From the human T2T-CHM13v2.0 reference genome, Homo sapiens, in assembly GCA_009914755.4 (NCBI GenBank), contig CP068257.2, forward strand, positions 44,960,001 to 45,024,000: a DNA stretch of 64,000 bases, written 5' to 3'. A program made the translations under genes and the position numbers. Shown in pieces: positions 54,661 through 64,000 of this stretch (position 1 is the stretch's first letter; every line of letters begins with the position of its first letter). The notes below the pieces were generated by a model. The model was given only the letters and a program-made list of their open reading frames with translations, was not told where the DNA came from and did no database searches.

Positions 54661-56053
54661 GACTATTGTATGAAAACCAGCTATCATCAGCTAGAAAACC
54701 AGCAGCTATACCTGGTTACTGGAAGAATTGTTTTTTGAGGTTGTGGGACTGAGGTCCTTAGTTCTTGCTGGCTGTTGGCTGTCAGCCTCAGTGAGTTCCT
54801 AGAGGCAGCCCTCAGTCCTTGTCATGGGGAATGTCCCCAAAATAGCCACTTGTTTTATCAAAGCTAGTAAGAGAGTCTCCTTGCAAAATGGAGGTCAAAA
54901 TCTTATATCACAGAAGTGACATCCCATTACATCCCATTACACTTGTGGTATTCTATGGTTCAAAGCAAATCAAAGGTCCCGCCCGCTAAAGGTAGGGGGA
55001 CACTGCAGGCGTCAATAAGGGGCTGACTGCTGACAGCTCTGAAACCCTGCCGCCCTTCCACCGCATATCTTGGTGGTCTGATGAGGAAGTGTGCACATGG
55101 CTTCCCGTGGGGCCAGTGGGAAGCTCAAACCACGCAAGTCCCACCTGCACACATGAGCTCTTCTCTTTCCCTATGCCCTAACCCCAAGAAAACCCAGGCT
55201 ACCCACCTCCATCCTTTCCCAAGCCACTCAAGCCAGTTCTAGACCAGCTTGCGTGCTGGGCTGCTGCACCCAGAAGCACTCATGATGGCTAACAGGTGTT
55301 TTCATGCCCTCTTAGTGTGTGTCACATCATCCATCTCAACATTCGACCTATCGATTGGGAGGGGCAATCCTGAATCAGCAGATTCAATGCAGCAGGCACA
55401 GATACCAGGAGGCAGGGAAAGTGGGGCCACTTCAGAGCTGGCCAAACTTTGCTTTATGACAAACCGTAGGTCTACTTTGCTTTCTTGGTAAATGTTCCAC
55501 GTGTACCTGAAAATAACAGGCACTCTGCTAGCGGTTGGTGAAGTGGATATACTGATTTTATATATTTGTGTATATATGTAAGTCTCATGATGTATGCCGA
55601 CATGACGTGTGTCATGTTGGTTAAATGAGCTGTTTGAATCTCTGTCCTCCGCCTTTTTGTTCTGAGTTACGTGACAGGTGTGTTAAATTCCCCAACTACA
55701 ATTATGGATGGTTCCGTTTCTCCTTTGAGTTATATTAATTTTTGAATTTCTGGATTTTATATTTTGAAGGTATGTTATAGACACACAAATCTGGGGCTGC
55801 TATTTCTTTCTACTGAATTGACATTTTATCATTATGAAATAATTCTCTTATTTCTGGTAATACCATTTGCATTAAAGTCTGCTTTTTACAATATCAGTAT
55901 GATTTGTGTTTTACACTATCAGTATGGTTTGTGTTGGTGTGGTATTGTTTCACTCTTTTACTTTCAACTAAATGTTTCTTTATAGTAAAGTATGTTTCTT
56001 ATAACTACCATTTAGTCAAATCTCTAAAAGAGATACTTAAAAATATTGGCATT

Positions 56054-56358
56054 GGCCGGGCACGGTGGCTCACACCTGTAATCCCAGCACTTTGGGAGGC
56101 TGAGGTGGGTGGATCACTTGAGGTCAGGAGTTCGAGATCAGGCAGACCAACATGGTGAAACCTCATCTCTACTAAATATACAGAAAAAAAAATTAGCTGG
56201 GAAGGGTGGCACACGGCTTTAATTCCAGCTACTCGGGAGGCTGAGGCATGAGAATCGTTTAAACCCAGGAAGCAGAGGTTGCAGTGATCTGAGATTGTGC
56301 TACTGTACTTTAGCCTGGGTGACAGGGCTAGACTCTGTCTCAAAAAAAAAAAAAAAAG
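56054..56358 (+). mobile_element. Alu SINE
   Basis: ggccgggcacggtggctcacacctgtaatcccagcactttgggaggctgaggtgggtggatcacttgaggtcaggagttcgagatcagg.. poly-A 56342-56357. Confidence 0.92.
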
Positions 56359-56424
56359 GCATGTTTTCTATCTTTACATTTAATGTTGTTACAAATATAG
56401 TTGGGTTTAATTCTGCCACCTTGC

Positions 56425-56540
56425 TGTTTATTTTTATTTTATTTTTTATTATACTTTAAGTTCTGGGATACATGCCTAGAACGTGAAGGTTTGTTACATA
56501 GGTACACACGTGCCATGGTGGTTTGCTGCACTGCTGTTTA
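56425..56540 (-). mobile_element. Short L1 3'-end fragment
   Basis: T-rich then tatactttaagttctgggatacatgcctagaacgtgaaggtttgttacataggtacacacgtgccatggtggtttgctgcac, the reverse complement of an L1 3' terminus. Confidence 0.6.
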
Positions 56541-57069
56541 TTTTTCATTTGTCTTGTCTGTTTTTTATTTCTGTAGTACTCTCTTACTGTTTTCTTTTCC
56601 ATTTTTAAAATTTATTATTTTTCTTTTATCTTCTATTTTGCTTGTTGTCATACATCATTGTATTTTTTGAGATCTCATTATGCACTCTTGACCTGCCTGA
56701 AGTTATTAGGATACTTTTGCTTTGTCCTAACAAAGATCCAGCACATTACAATTGTTTATTTATCCCCCTTGCTCTGTGTGCGGCTGTTGGCATATATTCC
56801 ACCTCTACACATTATAAACCTCACAAGTCACAATTATTGTTGATTTAAGGACAAATGTTAAAAATACATTTATCCATTTATTTACACTTTCTAGTACTCT
56901 TCTGTCCTTCCTGCAGTTATGAGATTATCTTATTTTAGCCTGAAGTTCTTCTTTTAGCATTTTAGTGCATGTTTGCTTCAGTCAGATTCTGTTTATCTGA
57001 AAATGAATTTATTTTGACTTCCTTTGTAATGGCTATTCTTCTTAGGCTTAGAATTATACATCAGCAGAT

Positions 57070-58075
57070 TTTTCTCTTTTTTTTTTATCATTATACTGTA
57101 AGTTCTGGGATACATGTGCAGAATGTGCAGGTTTGTTACATATACACGTGCCATGGTGGTTTGCTGCACCCATCAACCCATCATCTACATTAGGTATTTC
57201 TCCTAGTACTATCCCTCCCCTAGCCCCCCACCCGCTGACAGGTCCTGGTGTGAGATGTTCCCCTCCCTGTGTCCACATGTTCTAATTGTTCAGCTCCCAC
57301 TTATGAGTGAGAACATGTGGTGTTTGGTTTTCTGTTCTTGTGTTAGTTGCTGAGAATGATGGTTTCCAGTTTCATCCATGTCCCTGCAAAGGACATGAAC
57401 TCATCCTTTTTATGGCTGCATAGTATTCCATGGTGTATATGTGCCACATTTTCTTTATCCAGTCCATCACTGATGGGCATTTGTGTTGGTTCCAAGTCTT
57501 TGCTATTGTGAACAGTGCTGCAATAAACATACGTGTGTGCATGTGTCTTCATAGTAGAATGATTTATATTCCTTTGGGCATATACCCAGTGATGGGATTG
57601 CTGGGTCAAATGGTATTTCTGGTTCTAGATCATTGAGGAATCGCCACACTGTCTTCCACAATGGTTGAACTAATTTACACTCCCACTAACAGCGTAAAAG
57701 CGTTCCTATTTCTCCACATCCTCTCCAGCATCTGTTGTTTCCTGACTTTCTAATGATCACCTTTCTAACTGGTGTGAGATGATATCTCATTGTGGTTTTG
57801 ATTTGCATTTCTGTAATGACCAGTGATGAAGAGTTTTTTTTCACGTTTATTGGCCGCATTAATGTCTTCTTTTGAGAAGGGTTCATTTCTCTTATTTTTT
57901 CTCTAATCTTATCTTCACACTTTATTTCATTAAGTTGATCTTCAGTCTCTGATATCCTTTCTTTTACCTGATTGATTTGGCTATTGATATTTGTGTATGC
58001 TTCATGAAGTTCTCGTGCTGTGTTTTTCAGCTCCATCAGGCCATTTATGTTCTTCCATTTGGGGCTGGGTTTATA
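57070..58075 (-). mobile_element. Internally deleted L1PA copy: ~810 bp of the 3' end (ORF2 C-terminus and 3'UTR) fused directly to ~190 bp of the ORF1 coiled-coil region
   Basis: Poly-T at 57070 then tactgtaagttctgggatacatgtgcagaatgtgcagg.. (3' end). Junction near 57884 (..gtcttcttttgagaagg|gttcatttctc..), after which the sequence matches the ORF1 N-terminal region (compare 7400-7530 of the first L1). Minus ORF 57686..58036 reads through in frame: MELKNTARELHEAYTNINSQINQVKERISETEDQLNEIKCEDKIREK..|..[49 protein letters not shown]. Confidence 0.7.
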
Positions 58076-59375
58076 GTTTTGTAACCCCTATGCCAAATGT
58101 TGACACCTTATAGTAATTGGCAGGGATAACTAGGAAATTGCTTGATAAATAAATGCAAACAAAAATGTATGCTGGCAATTCTTAAGACATTTCTAAATTA
58201 CTTTGCCACTATTTTTAAAGCTAACTTATTTATTAAAGATTTTAAGTAAACTTAACATTTGACTAGTCTTTCCCTTTTTCTAATAAAGTATTTTATTTGA
58301 GCACTTTTATTTTTCTTTAATTAATAAATAAATAATTTATTTGAGCACTTTTATTTTTCTTTAAGCCAATTAATTATAGCTCTTCTATATTTTTTAATAG
58401 AGAAACATTGTGTACGCAACACATAAATACATAGATGTATTAGGTATACCGATAGAAGTACATCTTATAGATTCCTAAGACCTCTTTTTTTTTTTCTATC
58501 TTAGACTTGCAAACTCTTGATAATCTGTGTCATTGCCCTGGCAGTTGCCGGCTAAATAGCCCTAAATCTGCATATTAAAGGAAACTATTAGATGAAAAAT
58601 TAGATAGCAAAATTTACATTTTAAGGTACAGAGAGGAAAAAGTCTGGTGGTGCTAAAGAGAGATTAAAAATGGATGTGAAATCAAACATAAAATTATGAA
58701 AATCTATCATAGGATTGTATAAGGAGACCAGTTTTATTTAGACAGAGACTCCCTATATTTTAACTGGATCTCTGAGCTCTGGGCAGACCCTACACTGAAT
58801 CCTGGGTCTCCAAAAAGCGAAAATTATTATGAGGTTAGACTACATCATGCTTTTACAGTGCACTTAAAAAACTTTTTTCAACAAAGACATTTCTACATGT
58901 CTAAACTATACTATTCCTTAAGAACTCCAGAGTAGCCTCTGTTGCAGTAACTATTTTAGTAAAAAAATTAGGTAACACAATACAAAAGCAAGCAGTTTAA
59001 GAGCTGAGATGAAAAAAAAAAAAAAGCTGAGATGAACTTGTCTGTTTACACATTTGGGGTTCCATAAGGAAACAGAGGTTTCTCCTCCAAGGGGAATCTG
59101 GCACCTTCTCCGTTTTCTGTAAGGAACCCTGGGTATTACAAACTATATTAGGTTTCCCATGAAGCAGAGGGTGCAAGAGAAAGAAGACACGGCAAAAGTA
59201 AATGAAGAAAACAGAAGCCAGTCAACTAAGAAGAAAAAAACTTTTGCTCAAAAAGACAAGGTCCTAGGAGAGAAAAAAACAAAAAAAACAAAACTGGAAG
59301 CCTTTTAAATACAAACACACACACACAGGCACACAACACACATATGTTGGATGTTAGCTTTTAATTAAGCTTTTA

Positions 59376-59728
<353 letters not shown>

Positions 59729-61299
59729 TCAGCTAGGACTAATTGCTGCTATTTCAGAAGTACCAAGTATCAAACCAGAAAGGGCTTAATTTAGGAACTA
59801 AACCCAGGCTGTGGTGGTGGAAAAAAAGAAGGCAGAACCCTTAGGTATGGAACTGCAGTGTGGGGTGACAGACATTACTCTTTTTGGTTGGTCTGGCTAG
59901 CAAAAATGTGGCCTTGTTATGTAAGAAAAGCCCTTTAAGTAGTCAAAATAAATTTTTTTTTCTTTTTCCTTTTGCTAGCTGTTTTTCTCCCCCCACCACA
60001 TCACCTTTTGTGTGTGTGTGTGGTGGGGAGGGGTTGAAACTTAGCCACTTCAGAGGCCTCGCTTCTCATAATTTGGAACTTTCCTTTGGTTTCGATCAAG
60101 TCAGATAGAGTTCGTCAAACTCAATGCGAAAAAGACAAAAGAACAAAAAACAGAAACAACAACAAAAAAACCAGTTAAGCGAAACGAAGGATTGGGCAAT
60201 TTATAAGGTTACTGAGCACACTAATGGTAAGGAGAAATTAAGACCAGCTGGTTGTTAATCTTAATAGCCAAGACAAACCCCAATTCAGTTACTTCCTAGG
60301 GATGGGTCTGAGGCTGAAGATTGCTCTCTACCACCCTAGAAGCAGAGGAAGAAAACCCCTCATCTTTCCTGTGGGAAGCGAGCTCAAACTCCATAAACGA
60401 GTTACCTGCCTTCCATTGTCATGGAAGCAGGAAAAAACTACTACTTCCTTATGTTGGAAGAGAGTAAAGCACACCCCGCCCCCCAACCCCCGCCCAACAC
60501 ACAAAAGGAGTTGTACAGCAAAATAAACTAGATCTTGACTAAATCTGGGTAGATCAGGGATTCTCTGGAGGGGGTGCTTCCAGGCCTCAGCAAATTGTCC
60601 TATTGGTTTGAGCCATAAAGATAGCTCAAGCTGGTACTAAGGACTGACAGATTTGTCAAAGGTCAGTGGCACCTCTACTCAGAATCCCTTTGTGGTTACC
60701 AAAATGTGAACCTTGAATATCTGAGTCAGATCTCAGTCAACTTAGGAAGTTTATTTTGCTGAATTTAAGGATGCACGCCCATGACACGGCCGTCGGAGGC
60801 CCTGATGACATGTGCCCAAGGTGGTCAGAGCACAGTTTGGTTTTATACGTTTTAGGGAGACATGAGACATCAATCAATATATGTAAGATGAACATTGGTT
60901 TGGTCCGGAAGGGCGGGACAACTCAAAGCAAAGGCAGGAGGGAGCTTCCAGGTCATAGGTAAATATGAGACAAATCATTGCATTCCCTTGAGTTTCTGGT
61001 TAGCCTCTCCAGAGGTGGCAATCAGATACGCATTTATCTCAGTGAGCTGAGAGATGACTTTGAACAGAATGGGAGGCAGGTTTGCCCTAAGCAGTTCCCA
61101 ACTTGACTTTTCCTTTTAAGCTTAATGATTTTGCGGCCCCCAAATTTATTTTCCTTCCACATTTTTTTTTTTAAATCAGACTTAAGGTCTGCCTTGATGT
61201 TAATGCTGGAGGAGTGTAAAAAGGCATGTCCAACTCTTACTTCCCTTCGAGGCCAGAATAGTCTCTCAGGTTGAACTTCAGGGTCCCCTGGTAAAGGAG

Positions 61300-62500
61300 G
61301 GAGTCCAGTCAGACGGCTGCGGGGGAGGGGGGGCTTCGAATTTTATGTTTTACAGGCATTAGCGCCACCCATTTCTCCTTAACCCCAAACTTCCTCTCCC
61401 CACAACAGAAACGTCATCATTCTGCTTCCACTTATCCAGAAGAAAGGCAGAGGGCGCACACTGCGCAGCGCGGATGGGAAAGTTAACTGAATTATTTGCG
61501 GGAAGACAGAGGAGGTGGGGGTCCCCCAAGCCCCAGCCATTTTGTGGCTCGTAGGGGTTGTCGCTTCCCAAGCCGTGAATGGCCCAAACCCGCCCCCCGC
61601 CCCAGGTCGGACTCCTGCCCCGCGCCCCTCTGGGTCGGACCCCAAGCCGAGCCCCCCAACCCCGCGGCTGGGCTGGGCGATTGGGGACGAGCTCCACACA
61701 TGGAGATCCTGGCCTCGCCTCGCAAGGCCGCGGGACGCGCAGATGTGAAGTGCGCCTGCGCGGGGCGCAGCCCCAGCTGCAGACGATCTGTGAGCGACGC
61801 GCCGGCGCAAGTCGAGGGCGGTGGCTTGGCTTCCCTGGAATGGGGGACGTCTTAGGACTGCGCCTGCGCGGGGCGCCGGGCCCTGGGCGGGGCCTTCCCG
61901 GCTGACGGCCTGCGTGCACTGCGCTTGCGCGGGTTGAGGGCGGTGGCTCAGGCTCCTGGAAAGGACCGTCCACCCCTCCGCGCTGGCGGTGTGGACGCGG
62001 AACTCAGCGGAGAAACGCGATTGAGGTAGGTGTCCTGATGGGCAGCTCAGATGGCTGGACTGCACGTAAGGAAGGACAGGCCAGGTGAGGCGTCCTCGCA
62101 CTGCGTGTGCGTCGCTGGCGGACAGAGGCCTCCGCCCCCTTTTGGGACCTCCGAGCGCCTTCGCGATCTCAGCCACTTTCCCTGGCGTCCAAACGGGAGC
62201 TCGGTCCCCGTCACACCCTTCCCTGCGTGCCGCACCCCTTCCCGGCCACTCCCGCCGTCCAGCGCCTTCTACGGCCACGCCCACCCCACCACCATCTCTG
62301 TCACGCCCTTCGCGGCCACGCCCACCTGCCTGGCGGCCCCTGCCCCGAAGCTCGCGGCGCTGTCCCAGCCTGACCCTCTCGTGCCCCTGCGTCCACGCGT
62401 GGCCCTCTCGCTTCCTGCCCCCTTCTCACCCCCCTTCACTGGCCACCTGTTCCAACCCTCCATGATCCTGTTCCTCCCGAGGGCATCTTAGGAGGGCAGG
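61300..62500. promoter_or_regulatory. PRMT2: CpG island (PRMT2 promoter region)
   Basis: Very high GC and CpG density (e.g. gcggggcgcagccccagctgcagacgatctgtgagcgacgcgccggcgcaagtcgagggcgg). Lies ~30 kb from the S100B TSS in divergent orientation, where I recall PRMT2 starting. The long GC-rich ORFs on both strands here are artefacts. Confidence 0.8.
61800..62025 (+). other. PRMT2: Putative PRMT2 exon 1 (non-coding); TSS not resolved, strong donor GAG|GTAGGT at 62025/62026
   Basis: ..cgcggaactcagcggagaaacgcgattgag|gtaggtgtcc is a consensus 5' splice site inside the CpG island. An alternative donor CACG|GTAAGG lies at ~62066. Confidence 0.45.
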
Positions 62501-63154
62501 GTCCTGCGCGCACTGCGGCCTCCACTCCGACCCCGTCCCAGTTTGGACCCAGGTCTTCCAATGAAAATATAATTATGCAAATCAGTAAGCATTTGTAACT
62601 ACGAATATCACAAAAATAAGCTTCAAGTCTGGATTTAGAAGTGAAGCATGCATTTTAAACAAAGAATTGCTATGCAATTTTAAAAACACATTGATCCCAG
62701 AGCAGTGTGTGGATTACACTATCACTGGAAAAATACGAATTGAGAAGAAGGAAAAGACTGGAAGATGCAGACCTTGGTTCCTGTTAGTGGAAACACTGTA
62801 AGGTCCCAGGTAGGGACTTTTAATTGGAATTAAAGCTATCACACTTCTAAGAAATTAATGAATACTGATTTATTGCCTTAAGTCGACACCTGATCTAACA
62901 GAAACTAACAGGCTTCAGCAAATGAACAAGATTAACACCTTGCAGACTAGTGAAGAAAACACACTATTTGAAGTTTATGATTTTTAAATGCTTTTGTCTC
63001 TGTAAAGTATTGTAAATTTTCATTTCTACACTAATCTTCACACATACACATTTTACTTCTATTTGGTAGAGGACATCATGCACATTAGAAGTTAAGTGAA
63101 CTCAATTATTAAGCAATGTAACAAGTACTTTGTGTCTCCTTCTCTTTTTAAAAG

Positions 63155-63252
63155 TAGAAATGGAAAAGAAAATGAAATAAATCAGCAGTTATGAGGCAGA
63201 GCCTAAGAGAACTATGGCAACATCAGGTGACTGTCCCAGAAGTGAATCGCAG
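63155..63252 (+). other. PRMT2: PRMT2 exon 2 (5'UTR plus first 13 codons); the acceptor could be at 63154 or 63157
   Basis: Polypyrimidine tract tgtgtctccttctctttttaaaag|tag.. Donor CAG|GTAATT at 63252/63253. Confidence 0.7.
63214..63252 (+). CDS. PRMT2: PRMT2 start codon and first coding segment (MATSGDCPRSESQ)
   Basis: ATGGCAACATCAGGTGACTGTCCCAGAAGTGAATCGCAG|gtaattt translates to MATSGDCPRSESQ, which I recall as the PRMT2 N-terminus. Kozak context aactATGG. The remaining exons lie beyond the window. Confidence 0.8.
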
Positions 63253-64000
63253 GTAATTTCCGTTCCACTTCCTAAAAATCTGTGTTTAATGAATGTGAGC
63301 ATTACAGAGAGCTAAGCGTCAGCTCACAGATGTGATGGAGCTTGGCTTGTGCCTTGGAAGGTGGCCACCGGCAGTAGAATGCTTAAATGTGAAGATTGTG
63401 AGGCAGAGGAAACGCAGTGCCTGTAAGGTGACATCCTGCATTGGGCACCATAACAATTCTAAGGAAATACTTAGCCCCAAAACATCAGCATCATTTAGGG
63501 TTCCATTTTTGGTACGTGAACTGGCAAAGCAAGCATATTTTCTGAGCTGTTCAATAAAATTTCAGGCATAATACCAGCAATATATTGAAGGCAAGTTGGA
63601 CACATTAGAAAAGATTTATGTATTCATACTGTTTCTGCCTGGGGTACTCATGTAGTTTCGTTCAAGTTAGCAGTAAAAAATACCCCTCAAATTGTAAAGA
63701 CTGTTGATTATGTAAAAGTCACCAACTGAATAATAGATACTGTTTTTAAAAATCAAGCATTTCCGTATCTGTTATGTCAATTTTAATGTTTTCTTTTTTT
63801 CTCTTTCATTCCAATGAGCTTTCATTTGGCTTTTTATATATAGGAATTTTATTTATAGTCAGAATCTTTCGTTAATTTCTTTAATTATTCATAAAATGTT
63901 TTAATTCCGTGGACATCTTATTTTTCTTTTGAGAAATTTAACAAATATTAGGACATTTCCAGAATGATATTGTAAACATCAAGTACATTAAACAGTGTAC

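Noticed and set aside
56540-57069. Possible additional old L1 sequence between the short L1 3' fragment and the internally deleted L1
   Set aside because: Similarity to the L1 ORF1 antisense region is too weak to call. I left it unannotated.
61359-62491. ORFs of 204 aa and 301 aa (minus) and several 100-150 aa plus ORFs inside the PRMT2 CpG island
   Set aside because: They are mutually overlapping, proline- and arginine-rich translations of CpG-island sequence. The real PRMT2 start codon is in exon 2 at 63214.

Overview
This window is not prokaryotic. It is primate (human-like) genomic DNA, about half of it interspersed repeats: at least 17 Alu elements, several L1 LINEs (two near full-length), MaLR/THE1/MLT1 LTRs, MIRs, an ancient ERV pol remnant and simple repeats. 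Two protein-coding genes are supported by direct translation of the sequence. (1) S100B lies complete on the minus strand: 3 exons, the two coding exons translate to the 92-aa S100B protein (my recollection of the human protein), with canonical GT/AG splice sites and an AATAAA poly(A) signal. (2) The 5' end of PRMT2 lies on the plus strand: a CpG island with a putative non-coding exon 1, and exon 2 carrying the start codon (MATSGDCPRSESQ). This head-to-head S100B/PRMT2 arrangement, ~30 kb apart, is the arrangement I recall for human 21q22.3; confirming the locus needs an alignment I cannot run. I find no CRISPR array, operon, defence island or other novel system. Most long ORFs in the six-frame track are L1 ORF1/ORF2 remnants, Alu read-throughs or GC-rich artefacts. 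Repeat boundaries are read by eye against remembered consensus sequences and are approximate (about +/-10 bp). Repeat family and age assignments are informed guesses, not RepeatMasker output.
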